Shown here: one piece after another, positions 1 through 12,863 of the stretch
Numbering within the stretch: position 1 is the stretch's first letter
Layout: each line of letters opens with the position of its first letter
Source of the DNA: Marsupella aquatica
Lineage: Eukaryota > Plantae > Marchantiophyta
Assembly: GCA_973895155.1 (NCBI GenBank)
Contig: OZ316893.1
Coordinates: 25,285,520-25,349,519, forward strand
Direction of reading: 5' to 3'
DNA length: 64,000 nucleotides
Program-made: the position numbers and the translations under genes
The notes under the pieces: model-generated
What the model was told of the DNA's origin: nothing
Database searches by the model: none
What the model saw: only the letters and a program-made list of their open reading frames with translations

Positions 1-1106
1 TGTTTTCTCGAAAGGCTTTCTTTTGAGGTGTGGCGAACGAAGCTCATTTGGCTGCTAGCACTAAGTAAGAATCTTGGCCAAGAAGAACATCCAACCGAGA
101 AGATTCGTCACAACTGATGTGCATCAGTAGTTCTTAGTGTGGATGAAATTCGTATAGGTTGTTTGGGGAACGGTGACAAGCACTCTCGGAGAAAGTCTTT
201 ATCACCATGAGCAAATAAGGCTGGCTTTATGTGGTTCGGTTTTTCGTGCATCTCGTTGCAACAACAACCAGACGCACTAGCGTTGGAAGATTGTGTTTCT
301 TGGCTACTCTTGCGTTTTTGAGCTTTTTGGAAAGAGAATGCCATTTTTGCCAGATCCAAGACAATAGGTGGAGACAAGCCCAACCCAACCGTAATGACGA
401 CGAAGGAATTCTCCTGAGGAGTAGTGTACACTGATATGTTTCCAGGAATGAAACTCTTGAGTGGAATCTGTAGATCCTGTCCTGATTGATTGAAAGGGGA
501 GCCTACGCTAGGAGTCGGGGATAAGTTTCCATGGACCATAAGATGATGAATGATGTAAAAAGGTTCGAAATTGAACAAACTGTGTAAACTGGTATTGTTT
601 TACTTGTTCTTAACAGGATTCCTACGGTTACATGTGATCTTTCCTTACTTTCACTAGACATCATTTTTATTGTTTATATTAATTACAAATGAAGAGAATC
701 GGTATCTCACATAGGATAATAGAGACATAAATTACAAAAAAAATCATTTTGATCCCAAAGGCAAGAGAACTCATTTTGATCCTAAAGGCAAGGATGGGTT
801 AGACACAAGGAACAAAAGAATGAGCGAGAGACAACGACGAAGAACGCAGTCACGCATGCATGTGCCGAAAATACTATAAAACGTGGGACTATTTTACTGC
901 GTCAATAGTACAAAGCCGAAATCACGACAGTCACGAACGGAAGAGTAGCTAGCAGTTTCATGGAAATTGACTGAATGAATCGCTGAGTTGATGGCAGTTC
1001 GTGTGAGAGAAGGAAACTGTGCAGGCAATATCGATGATCTTTATGGAGGTAACGTGATTTTGGTGCATGTACAACATCTGGGTGTGGCGGGGAGACGGAC
1101 CGACTG

Positions 1107-1234
1107 AGATTAGTTGGCTGGTTGTTCAGATGTAAGAAAGATTGTGGGGCCAATCGATGGAGTTAAGCATAGATTAGTTGGCTGGTTTTTCAGATGTAAG
1201 AAAGATTGTGGGGCCAATCGATGGAGTTAAGCAT
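1107..1234. repeat. Tandem duplication, 2 x 64 bp
   Basis: agattagttggctggtt(g/t)ttcagatgtaagaaagattgtggggccaatcgatggagttaagcat at 1107 and again at 1171, one mismatch. Confidence 0.9.
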
Positions 1235-4200
1235 GCAGAGCTTTGATGAGCTTGTCGATCGATGAGCAAGGTCATCCACCTTGAACCTTCGGGGGAACGG
1301 GATCAAACGAATGTTTCGGTACAATGCACTGTGTACAATCATGCACGTACTGCTATTTGGAATTTTGCTCTTAAAAAAACTGACTGTGATGCAGACGATC
1401 TATGACATAGTAATGGCGAAGAGGAATATCTGGAGGCAAAGTTCTCAAACGCGTTTCCATGCATCGGAAAACACACCCCCAGACAGCCAGGCTTGATTCG
1501 ATGACGCCATCAATTCCTTCGAGCGAAATGGGGCCCTCATGGATATCAAACAAATCTGTGATCACAGATCCTTGCTCACAGATCCCAGCTCACAGATCCC
1601 AATGATCAGGGATCTGTGAGGAGCCCAAACGAGGGCCCAATAAAATTAAACCCCACCGTTTTGAGGGAGGATTGCGACTGCGACGCCAGCGAACTAACTC
1701 GCGCTGAGAAAAGCTTACTCCTGAAACAGGAAGCACTTTACGAAAACTTGGTGCAGCGTATTAATAATTGGTCGCTGCAGCACCCATCTAAAAACACGCA
1801 AACAAAGCACAAAAAGCTGGCTCGATGGAGAGTCAGATGGAAAAGGGGAGCTAGTGATGATGAGTGATAGGGACACTTCGGAGAATTGCCTCCGAATCGG
1901 TGGCAAAGAGCCACAGGCGGCCAGGCATAGCATGTTTTTCAGTAACTATGACGACGCAGGCACTACCGAAGCAAACAAGCATGCTACAAGAGAGCAGGTC
2001 AAGTGCTAGTTTAACCAACTTCTATGTAACTCTACAGTCGAATCGGACAAGAGCTGCGCCTGGTGCAGGCATGGAGTGAGATGATGGTGGCAGGAGTCGG
2101 ATTAGTGAACAGACCGACAGAACGGAGCACTCAGGACAGGACAGCACAGCACCGGGAAAGAGATTGTTCAGGCTCTGAGCTTCAGAGTGAGACATATCAC
2201 ATGGTATGTACAGTTGACAGAGATGGGCAAGGCAGGCTGGATGAGTAGATAGTTGGATGAAAGGTCCACAGAATTCATGACTGCCTCCACTTTATCTGCA
2301 GTCATGCAGTCAGAGCTCCGTATACAGCATGATGACCTCGGGAAGCTGTGATTGAATTGAATACTGCGGAGCCACAGGTACAACTACCGCAGGCTTCATC
2401 TACAGTACCGTCTCGTTCGTGGGAGTCGTAAGAAGGTGGGGGAGGGACAGTGACTGAGCTTCTGAGTGACTTTGTTTCTCAACATTTAAAACGAAGAGAA
2501 GACCCACACAAAAAGAGTCGACCAGCGCAGAGTAGAAAGGCGAGCGGAACGTGAACCTGCTGGAGGCTTAGATGTGCGTTACGTGCTTTGGTCGATCCTC
2601 CGTGGAAGGCGACATGGACAAGAAATCGTCTCGAAGACATCATCATGCGGTTCCACGGCTCAACATCTACCACAATTTATCAAGATGGGTGCGGCGTCGA
2701 CACTATCGGCGATTATCTAACGTCCCGTCTGGCAGAAGCCATATCCGGAGACGCATCCACCACCCAGCGTTGGCGCGAAGAAGGGCGCAGCAGATGAATC
2801 CTCGCTTACAAATGGTCCCGGGGATCCACATTCGCATAATTTCGCCTATCTCGTTGCTGCTGAGGCTGCGGGATGCGTACTCACAAAAAGTCTCCTTGAT
2901 TGTCACCACAACGACAACGAGCAGCTCGCAAAGGAAGATGAAGAAGAAGCAACAGCATGTAGCAGAGGTAATCTGCAAAGTACCGGTAAGAGTGAGACTA
3001 CCCAGAGTTCGAGAGCACCTCGCCGACGAGGGACTTTGATTGGCACATGGCGCTATAAAACCTCTGTACTATATACACTACAACCGCAAACGCATAGAAG
3101 GTCTCGGAATGTCGGGCCTTGCAAGTGCTGGTTGGATGAAAACGAAGATGCAGTGCTGGAATATCGGCCGGAATGTCGGATGGATCGACGCTAGAGCTGA
3201 AGTATAGTCAGTGCTTACTGAACCGGCCAGCAGGGAGTTCTTTCTCCCTTCCACAAGGGGCAATTTGTGGACCCGTTGCTAGCATGTGGATGAGTTGGGG
3301 ATTCGAATGGTGTAGTGGATGCGGTGCTTTCCTGTTGAAAACGAATGTAACAGCAGCGAGGGCAGCAGATGAGGTGTGGAGACCTCAAAGGTTACCTCTC
3401 TGCACATTAGAGTGGCAACTACGGCAGATACCAATGGCGAGAATTGTTTCAGCTCCATGACGTGGTTGTTGTAAGGCTGGATTCCTGGCATCCATATACA
3501 TACCTCTATGCTCGTCTTTCAATTTTGGGTTAATTAGGCGTCTCAAATCGGAGACAAAAATACAAAGCACGAGAACCATTTTCGTATTACACGTTTGTTT
3601 TGGAAGTCTGGTTAAAAACTGCGGAGCTTAGAGAATTTAATCATTCTGCAAGTGCCTTTTGGAGTCAATATTGAACAGATCATCGAGGGAACATCAGCAT
3701 TCGGCTCGGGCTACCTGAGAGATGACAACTACCTGAGAGATGACAATATGATAATCAACCTGAAGAGAGTTAATTGATAGATAGCAGAAACTGAGCCTGG
3801 AGCATTGCTAATAGATTTGTTTTGACCTTAAAGCAGAGTGAGGGACAGGGAGTCAGAAGAGAGCTCTTTTCAAGCCTCCACGGTGTCTGCACTGTTTTTT
3901 GTAAAATATACTGAAAATACGGCCATTTCTCGGAAGAAAGAGAAACTATGCGCTTCTTCCACCCTTTGTAAGTCCCACGTCTTCTGTATATTCATGACCT
4001 CGTGATTATACACAACTTTTGTGCAGAACGTATGAGATTGTCTGTCCCAGCTGAGAGGAGGACGGGTGAATTCGGAACCTTGTTTGAACGGCCAGGGGGA
4101 ACTGTTTGGTGGCGATTGGAGTCGAAGTGACACATGGGTTTCGAAGAGGAAGATACCAAAAACCCTGTTCTGAGCAGTGTCGACAGTGGCCTACTATAAT

Positions 4201-6210
4201 GTTTCTAAGCTTATTATTTGTAAGCTTTTTCTTTTCAATGCTTCATCGTCAGGGGTGTAAGAGCACTTATGTCACATTTTCGCATGAATGTATGAAAAAC
4301 GAGATCAGGCTATGTGCAATTATGGGTTCTCGAGACTCATCCTCTGCAAGTGCGCTGTGTACATTACACCCCACCAGTTTGGACATTTATGGAACACTCA
4401 TCCCATTTCCGAAAGCTTTTTATCTCATTTCGGGGGGCATGTCGTGTCATTTAAAACCATGATGGTGCCTGCTATGTCCTGGAGTTTTTCTCACTCCAGG
4501 CGACAGTTGTTTCATCCATCAACATCGATGGGAGGCTCGATCTACACTTGGTGCAGTCGGACGCGTTGTGGCTGTGCATGCATGATTCCTTTAGTCCTTC
4601 ACTCCTTCATGGCTGGGGGACCCCTTCAGTCCTTGAGTGTGGTCCCGGGCACGAGGACCAAGACTCGTCAAACTTATCGAGGAGATTCGTGTGGACCTGA
4701 CATGCAATCCTATCCTATCGTGTCTTGTCCTGACCTACTGGTTTCGCTCCTCAGATTTAGACCCATTGACAACATTTTGAGTTCACGGGTTGAGCCCACT
4801 ACGAGAGTACAATTAGGCCCAACTCGCATGTGAGCGGCCCTAAAAAATACTGCCCGTACCTCTCCCGAGTCTGCCAGCGAAAAGCGTGCGGTCACGCTTT
4901 TGTGACTTCCACTTCATATTCGCTGTTGCTCTAATTTGCAGCATTGCTCTACTCCTTGGGACATCAGGAAGTTGACGATTGAGAAGTTCTACTCATTTCT
5001 CTCGATTTCACTTCTATCCGGAGTGTCGCTCTTTCCGTTTCAATTCTACACAGGTAAGAACAGCGCCATGTCTATGAACGTCAAACCTCAATCACAGTGT
5101 CACATTACGATCGGGATTTCGATACATCGGCGTTTGAATATATACTGTATATTTCATGAATCTATGACGACTTACGAGAAAAGGATTCCAATTAATTGAC
5201 CCTTGTGCTCGGCATAGGGATTGCAAAACATTTTGTTGCGATCGAGGACGTCGATTCACTTAGACATGGTGAATGGAGGTTTCTTTTTGGCTTATGTTTG
5301 AAGCATGTTTGAAAATTTAGAACAGCAGTTTTGTGATGTAATTAACTTGCGATCGATTGAAGGCAGTATACAATTCTTCAATTGGTCAATACATTGGAGT
5401 GATTGCATAGATGTCTTTAAAATGCATATCCTTCCTTTCCGACTTCTCGTTCCCTTCCGTTGACTGCCTTGAGCATGATAGCAGCAAGTCTGATTTCCTC
5501 AGAGAGACTGTCTACTACAAAATATTGTGGGAGCTAATAGGAAAATCAACACAAACTTGAACTGTGCTCCAGCCAACAAGGATTTCGCATTCTGTAGGAG
5601 CGAACTGATGAGAAGTCACTCCATACTTACAACCTTAAGCGGGATCTACATGATCTACAAAGTGAACTGCATACTTCACAGATCATTTTACCAGCACATG
5701 TGTGTGCACGACATGTGTGTGCACGAAATGAACAATGCCAAATTAGTTAAAGCTCCTACAGCAGCTGAATAGCTCGATCAGGGCTTAGCCGCCTTCATCT
5801 GCTCGATTCATGTAAAGTCGCTTGGACTTTGGCGGCAGTAGCTATGAATAGAGAGAAGCAAAGGCAGCTCCTACCGATGACACAACCATAGCCAGAGTCC
5901 AAATGGGAGATGTTTGCGTGAGTTCAGGTTCAGAACTTTCCCCGGAAGACAGTACCGTTGCGGTGCTTGGGTTTCTCTGGTTGAAGCAGGTCTCCACCCC
6001 ATAAACACCGAACCGGCGGAACTGGATGTAGCAGAAAACTCTCCTTTCATACATATCGCAACATAACTGAAGTTTAAGGCCAAATTTGTAACTACCCTTC
6101 ACATGCGAGATGGGTCCTAGTAGTGGGCAGCCCGGCCTTGTCCATGACTCTTGCGCAACATGGAGGATTTTGATTTGAGTTTGAAAGTCAGACGTGACTG
6201 CATGTACATA

Positions 6211-6795
6211 TGTATGTTCACGAATGTCTAACTGGTTCGATTTTGTGAGCAAGAAAAGAGAACTAAACTGATTGATTACCTTTACATATGTTCACGAACG
6301 TCCAACTGGTTCGATTTTGTGAGCAAGAGAAGAGAACTACGGTACAATGATTGATTACCGTAATTAGTCTCACATTGATTACCTTTACATATGTTCACGA
6401 ATGTCTAACTGCTCTGATTTTGTGAGCAAGAAAAGAGAACTAAACTGATTGGTTACCTTTACATATGTTCACGAACGTCCAACTGGATCGATGTGAGCAA
6501 GAGAAGAGAACTACACTGATTGATTACCTTTACATATGTTCACGAATGTCTTAAACTGGTTCGATTTTGTGAGCAAGAGAAGAGAACTACGGTACAATGA
6601 TTGATTACCGTAATTAGTCTCACATTGATTACCTTTACATATGTTCACGAATGTCTAACTGCTTCGATTTTGTGAGCAAGAGAAGAGAACTACGGTACAA
6701 TGATTGATTACCGTAATTAGTCACAGTATTTAGGAACAAAGAGAACTACGGTACAATGATTGATTACCGTAATTAGTCACAGTATTTAGGAACAA
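6211..6795. repeat. Complex minisatellite with alternating ~70-bp and ~105-bp units
   Basis: Recurrent atatgttcacgaa(t/c)gtc(t/c)aactggttcgattttgtgagcaagagaagagaacta...ttgattacctttac, with an optional cggtacaatgattgattaccgtaattagtc module. Confidence 0.85.
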
Positions 6796-7858
6796 TGGTT
6801 TTTGAAAGAGTCACCATAATTAATGTGCGGGATTATATAAGAAGTGAGACTAAATACATGTTATTTTAAATTAGAGTGAGTGAGATTATTTTTGGTAACA
6901 TAATTAATGTCTATTTAGAGTGAGTGAGATTATTTTTGGTAGCATAATTAATGTGTATTGCTTATGAAAAGTACACATTTTTCTAGTAGTAAGATATGTT
7001 ACAACGGGCATATAAAATTAAAAATGAATGTCAATTGAAAGTCAAATTTTATTAAAGTATGATGAAGTGAAAACCAGGTTATAAATACAATCAAACTAGA
7101 ATTAATGAATGACAATAGACATCTGTATTTGTACTATTATTTAATTATATTTTTTGAGGTTTGTAGTCATACCCTTATTAGTGTGTGTGATACTATTTAT
7201 GAAGGGAGACCATATAAATTATGATACTAATTACTATTGACAGTGTAGATGTCATCATAGACTCAAGGATAAATAAGACATTCTCATAAATTTGTGGCAT
7301 GTTCCAGTTCACCATCTTTTGCACCAGGCAGCAGCGTCAATCCATAGGCTACAGGATGGCCAAGTGCGAGGGCAGTCCTCCTATGTAATTGAATATTGTT
7401 CATCCATATCTGGTATGAGGATAGAATGTCATAGAAAATAGGGGAGGCAGTTCTTATTTTAGCCTACTTTAGAGCATCTCCAGCGGTGCCCATTTTTTGC
7501 CGGTAACCTCCAAAAGTTTTCATTTGGCGGTCACATATGGAGGTCACTCTCCCCACCGGTCTCCCGTATCTTCATATTTCTGGAGGTCAACACCTCAAAG
7601 GCTGGACTCTGGCCGCCACATTTCTCAACTTTGGCGGTCGCCTCCTGCAACCCCCATCGTGACCTCCATCAGCATCTACGGCAGAAAGCTATCCACGCAT
7701 CGCGCGATTTGGGCACTGGCAAAAATTGTTACCCGACATGGCGCCAATTTTCAGACATATGAATCTCCCGCGGGCAAATCACTCACGAGACCCTCGTGTT
7801 GCCTGTACTCTGCACAGTGCAATTCCATCGCTTCCCAATCCCATCGCACATTGCATCC

Positions 7859-8938
7859 ATGGCAGGAATCCGTGGCAAAAATTACATAGACGATGAGCTC
7901 AAACAGCTCTGCTCCAGCGTCCTTCATGTATCGCAGGATCCTTGTGTAGGAAATGGGCAGAGAGCATAAAAGTTTTGGGATCGAGTAACAGATCACTACG
8001 AGAAGCACAAGCCGAAGGGGACCGAGGTCAGGGGCAAGAAATCGCTTGAGGGAAAGTGGGCTGACATCAAGCACAATGTCTCCAAGTTCATTGGATGTTA
8101 CCAACAAGTAGAGGGCAGGCAGACGTCAGGGACGAACGAGGCTGATACATTCCAATCAGCCAAGGAATTATATAAGGAGAATCACAAGAAGAAGCATAAT
8201 TTCACTTTCGATTCTTGCTATTGGATTCTCAAAGAGTGCCCCAGGTGGTGCAATCCAACTGACGACATGGTGAAAGCGAAGAGCAAGAAAAGAGTTGCAC
8301 CAAATGGAGTAGAAAAAGAGAAGGAGAACTCGAGCCCCACTCCAGAGGTGATTGAGACTGAGAGCGAAGGAAATGCTGACGACTCTGGGCAGTGGTCAGC
8401 AAGCAAGAAGAGACTGAAAGGGAACAAGATGGCAAAGGAAGAGTTGAAGAGAGTCAAGCATCAAGAGGATGCTTTGAAGATGACAGCACTAGCTCAAAAG
8501 GAGATGGCAACAGCTAATCTGCAGCGTGCTCGAGTGATGGAAAACAATTCTAGCATGGCATTGCTCTCCTTGCCCACAGATGGTATGGCTCAATTCATGA
8601 ATGCTTGGAAGTTAGAGGAGGCAATGAAATTGAAGAAGCGTATGGATGAGCAATCCAATCGACAAGAGAAGCAGTCGGAGCATGTTCAGCCCAATGTTCA
8701 ACCGTTTCACTCTTTCAATCCACCTCCCTGTGTTCGTACTCCAATTCCACCTGTAGTAGCACAACCCAATGTGGTTGAAGTTCTTGAAGAGTCGGACAAC
8801 GATGGGGACGAACCAGAGCAGGCTGCTGGACAGAATAGAGCAGGAGAGGAAACAATTCAAACTAGGGTTTTGAATGACCCAATAATAGATCGAGAGGCTT
8901 TTCTTGCCATGCTCGACATGGATTGTACACAAGTGTAA
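7859..8938 (+). pseudogene. Harbinger ORF1 (Myb/SANT-like, NAM-associated DNA-binding protein) with one premature stop
   Basis: Read from ATG 7859: MAGIRGKNYIDDELKQLCSSVLHVSQDPCVGNGQRA*KFWDRV...SLEGKWADIKHNVSKFIGCY...FTFDSCYWILKECPRW, in frame with ORF 8267-8938; TAA at 7967-7969. Confidence 0.8.
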
Positions 8939-9396
8939 TATTTTCCTTGGAGTTCAATTCAAAGACAATTCAATTCCATATTTTGACACATCATTTGTCC
9001 AAGTTCATTGAAATCGGTCCATGACTTTCGTGCACGATTGTACAAGTTGACTCAAAATTGGTTCCCTGCCAGTGCACAACTCGCAAGCTGTGTTTTGAAT
9101 TGACTTTAATAAAATGAAAAACGTTATTACAAAATGCTCCTTTCGGAGGTTCAGCTGAACCAAGCCACTACAAAAATGCCTATAAACCTTTCAAGCCTGA
9201 TGTACAAAATGCGAGCATCGTATGCCCTGAGAAAATTGAAGCACTGTGTGCAGACCATGGTCTGCTAAATCTGAATGCCTCCACTACCTGCATTGTGGCA
9301 AAATTCTAAACCAACATATTTTCTAATTCTGCTACAATTCTATTCCTCTCAAACTTCATAACATTCTAGTCAGAGTGTGCTTCCCAACGATGCCCA

Positions 9397-9849
9397 TCAT
9401 ACATCCCTCGAGCTGCCATCACTATCATGCTGCCCCTCTCGACATTCCTTCTCCCTCGACACCAACGTCTCCTCATCCCTATCTCTCTCCCTCTCCAATT
9501 GTTGTAATCTCCTGGCAGCAGCCCGCTGCTGCTTCAATTTCCGAAGTCGAGTTGTTTCTGTCATTGGGCGCACCAAGCTCATCCAAAGTTGGTTATCAGC
9601 TGCTTCCCGATCAGCTGCTTCACGAGCAGGGTCATCTCGAGCTGGCGCCTCCCAAGCTGGCGCCTCCCGAGCTGGCTCTTCACGAGGTGGCTCTTCTTCC
9701 TCAAAAGCTCCTACTTCAAGAGCAGGTCCTACAAGAGTTGGTCCTTCATGTAGCACCATCTCCCATCCGCTTGTCTGGTTGGAGCGAGAACAAGAATTCT
9801 TTGCCACAACCTTCCCTGCAGCTGCAGCCTGCCGTGTACGAGGAGCCAT
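9397..9849 (-). CDS. Hypothetical charged, repetitive ORF inside the Harbinger element
   Basis: Open frame MAPRTRQAAAAGK... with 15-bp repeats (REEPA/REAPA/RDDPA/REAAD) and an R/E/Q-rich helical tail; no recognisable domain. Confidence 0.3.
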   Translation of the reverse strand: MAPRTRQAAAAGKVVAKNSCSRSNQTSGWEMVLHEGPTLVGPALEVGAFEEEEPPREEPAREAPAWEAPARDDPAREAADREAADNQLWMSLVRPMTETTRLRKLKQQRAAARRLQQLERERDRDEETLVSREKECREGQHDSDGSSRDV

Positions 9850-10255
9850 AGACACAAGCAAGGATGGGTTGCTGACTGGAGTATGTAATTACCCAAGCTA
9901 AGCAGTGAGAACTTGACTTTGCACAATGCGAAACACTCAGGGATAACAAAAAGTGAACTGGACAATTGTGCTCTCTGGCTTCAAATGGTGATGTTTGGTA
10001 CCTGGGAGTGGGAATGGGAATTACATTGGATTCCCAAGGTGCACAGACAGGCCATTAGATTCCCAACATTCCACAAAGCCCAATGTTCACGCATCCCTAC
10101 ATTGCCTGAAAAGCCAACGTATGTCACACATGGGAGCGCTATCCTCTCTCATGAGTTGACATGACATGTCCCCTATTCTTAATTATCTGAATTGATACAA
10201 GTTGTCTTCTGTCCTTTCAGTCTCCAATGGGCCTTTCAGACCCCTAGCCACATAA

Positions 10256-11683
10256 TCAGAAGTCAGCAAAACCTACCCCTCGTCGAGCCCACAAGTGGTC
10301 TATAATGTCATTTCTCAATTTGAAATGATTGTCTCTGTTATGAATCTCCCTATTTGCCTCCAGGAACTCCAACCAAGGCATGACTCCACGAGTAACATTT
10401 GGAGTTCTCACCCTCAAGTATGGAGTAAATTGTTCACCCCTCTCATCCTCCAGGATCATATTATGCAACACTACACAGGCCATTAAAATGTTAGTCAAAT
10501 TGGACTCAAACCAGGACCTGGTAGGCCTCTTGACGATCTCAAACCTGGCTTGTAAAACCCCAAAGGCCCTCTCCACATCTTTTCTAGCAGTCTCTTGGCA
10601 CCTGGCAAAGTGGCTCAATTTTTCAGTCTGTGGTGAGTGCACTATAGAAATGAACATAGACCACTCTGGGTAAATCCCATCCACTAGTAGATATGCTCGG
10701 TTGTACTCAACACCATTGACATAGAAGGAAACATTAGCAGAATCATTGACTACCCACTCATTCAGAAGGGGCGACCTATTCAGCACATTAAGATCATTGT
10801 TGCCCCCAGCCAACCCCCAAAATGCATGCCAAATCCAAAGTTCTTGATCAGCAATAGCCTCAAGAATGATTGAATTTGTCTTATCTTTGTCACTGTACTG
10901 ACCTTGCCATGCTACAGGGCAATTCTTCCACTGCCAGTGCATGCAATCCAAGGACCCAAACATTCCAGGAAATCCTCTTGCCTGGTTGATTTCAAGGTGG
11001 TTCTGGAAATCCTGTGCATTTGGCTTCCTCAAATATCTCTCCTGGTACAGTTCCCTAATGGCTTTGACAAACCTATACAATGATTCTAAAGCTGTGGTCT
11101 CTGCAATTCTACAATACTCATCCATTGCATCTGCCCCAACTCCATAAGCTAGTTGTCGTAATGCTGCAGTGATTTTTTGATGTGGAGACAAACCAGGTTT
11201 TCCTGCAGCATCACACTTCAATTGGAAGTATGTGTAGTGTGCACGAACATCAGACAAAATCTTATTGAACAAACGACTACTCATCCTAAATCTCCTTCTA
11301 AATGTGAGCTCACCATACGTAGGATTCTCTGCGAAATAATCGTTCCACAAATCTATTGCACCTTTTTCTCTGTTCCTATCCACATTCTTGCTCCTCCTTG
11401 GCCTAGATCCTCCATGCTTCCCTTTCCTTGGTCTTGTCAAGATGTTGGTGATGGCAAGTGGTCCAGTGTACATCATCATCTCCCAGAATCGCTCCTCTTC
11501 ATCCCAATCTGCTTCATCGTCCTCCACCATTTTCTTAAAATCAGACCTCCATCTTTCTATGGCGTCCATGTAGTCAACCAAAGAAGCACAACACCAAATT
11601 GTATTAAAAAGATCCCTCACACTCGTCAAAACGTGTACTCGATTCTCGTGAACCCTACAGACAACATTGAGAACTGGTCGCAC
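10256..11683 (-). CDS. PIF/Harbinger DDE transposase (Plant_tran/HARBI1-like); likely start at ATG 11569
   Basis: Uninterrupted ORF with FRRRFRM, ALRQLAYG, GSLDCMHW, LVDGIYP and KDVERAFGVLQARF motifs. Confidence 0.93.
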   Translation of the reverse strand: MRPVLNVVCRVHENRVHVLTSVRDLFNTIWCCASLVDYMDAIERWRSDFKKMVEDDEADWDEEERFWEMMMYTGPLAITNILTRPRKGKHGGSRPRRSKNVDRNREKGAIDLWNDYFAENPTYGELTFRRRFRMSSRLFNKILSDVRAHYTYFQLKCDAAGKPGLSPHQKITAALRQLAYGVGADAMDEYCRIAETTALESLYRFVKAIRELYQERYLRKPNAQDFQNHLEINQARGFPGMFGSLDCMHWQWKNCPVAWQGQYSDKDKTNSIILEAIADQELWIWHAFWGLAGGNNDLNVLNRSPLLNEWVVNDSANVSFYVNGVEYNRAYLLVDGIYPEWSMFISIVHSPQTEKLSHFARCQETARKDVERAFGVLQARFEIVKRPTRSWFESNLTNILMACVVLHNMILEDERGEQFTPYLRVRTPNVTRGVMPWLEFLEANREIHNRDNHFKLRNDIIDHLWARRGVGFADF

Positions 11684-12197
11684 ATTGAGAACTGGTCACA
11701 CATGAGAATTTCTGGCAAAGCACGAAGTGCGTGATGAGCGATGGCATTCGACACTACCACGAGCATGAGAACCAAACCCTGTGCAGAGCGCGTAGGGTCA
11801 ACTGGACTCGACGTGGCTAGTTCGAACCAGGCCGAGGGCAGTTTGAACCCTGGTTTTTAGAGGATGGCGGTCGGGAATCCCACTACCGCTGGAGATGAGA
11901 GTCCCGATGGCGGTCGGAGGAATTTTACGGTGTCAAATCGTACAAGGTAAATTTTGGGTTGGAGGTCAGCAACCTCCAAACCGTTGGAGATGCTCAGGGG
12001 TACCGTTGATGTCTATTGGGGTGAGGCTAGGTGCACTGGGTGTATCTCTTTGCCCTCACAGCCCTAGATGGCCTGCCATCCCGTGAGTTTTCAATTGCTG
12101 AAAGTGCTATCACCTCCTAGACAGGGAGGCATGAAATTCCCCTTTTGTCATGCCGAGGGACAGTGCCGCTTGTGCACATCGACATGTCCCTCGCATG

Positions 12198-12672
12198 TGT
12201 TGAGCATAGACGACGATCGCAACGGCAAGCCCATGAACCATCCAACGCACAATAGTCGACACAAGAGATACGTGGTTCACCTCCTTGAGGCTACGTCCAC
12301 GGGAACACACAAGAGAGCTTTACTGAACTCTAAGCCCGTCGGCTATACCGAGTCTCCACAGTGTAAGCTCTCCCTATCTCTCAAGTGGCTCCATAACAAT
12401 GAGCCTTGGTTCTACCTCTCCAAGCACACATGCCTCTTATGATATAGTGTGCAACTTAGTTGTACCTAACCACATAGTTGTACCTAACCACATAGTTGTA
12501 CCTAACCACATAGTTGTACCTAATCACGTAGTTGTACCTAATCACGTAGTTGTACCTAATCACGTAGTTGTACCTAACCACGTAGTTGTACCTAACCACG
12601 TAGTTGTACCAACCCACGTTGTTGTACCAACCACGTCATACCTAACCTAGACGTAAGAGTAAATACCCAACA
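12198..12672 (-). repeat. Copia 3' LTR (475 bp)
   Basis: tgttgagcatag...aatacccaaca; identical by eye to the 5' LTR except for one extra 18-bp unit. Confidence 0.95.
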
Positions 12673-12683
12673 ATCTTCCCCTT
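12673..12683 (-). promoter_or_regulatory. Copia polypurine tract
   Basis: Minus strand AAGGGGAAGAT immediately before the 3' LTR. Confidence 0.85.
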
Positions 12684-12863
12684 GACTCTGGTCTAGGGGA
12701 GAGTAATACTGCCAATGTATATGATCCCTCAGCGGGAAGTTCTGGACAGAAACCAAACCGGTTTCCCTCTCTAACTAGAGCAAACCAGAACTAAGCCGTA
12801 GCCTAATACATAGGAATGAGGAAGAGCATATATCAGTAATTACAATGAATGTTTAAGAAAACT

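Larger units (their letters stand above)
7472..11995. mobile_element. PIF/Harbinger (Pong-like) DNA transposon
   Basis: TIRs gagcatctccagcggt (7472-7487) and accgttggagatgctc (11980-11995), 15/16 complementary; TTA on the left flank; encloses convergent Myb/NAM-associated ORF1 and DDE transposase. Confidence 0.9.

Noticed and set aside
108-578. 156-aa minus-strand ORF at the window start
   Set aside because: Non-ATG start and no recognisable motif; cannot be supported as a gene from this window alone.
2572-3039. ORF containing ISPISLLLRLRDAY, faintly like small uncharacterised plant proteins
   Set aside because: The resemblance is one short motif recalled without a search, with no supporting gene structure.
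6211-6795. CRISPR-like repeat/spacer appearance
   Set aside because: The intervening segments are themselves repeated rather than unique spacers; eukaryotic context with no cas genes.
12399-12650. ORF of VVPNH(I/V) hexapeptide repeats (also 18528-18761)
   Set aside because: It is only the translation of the 18-bp LTR tandem array on the non-coding strand.
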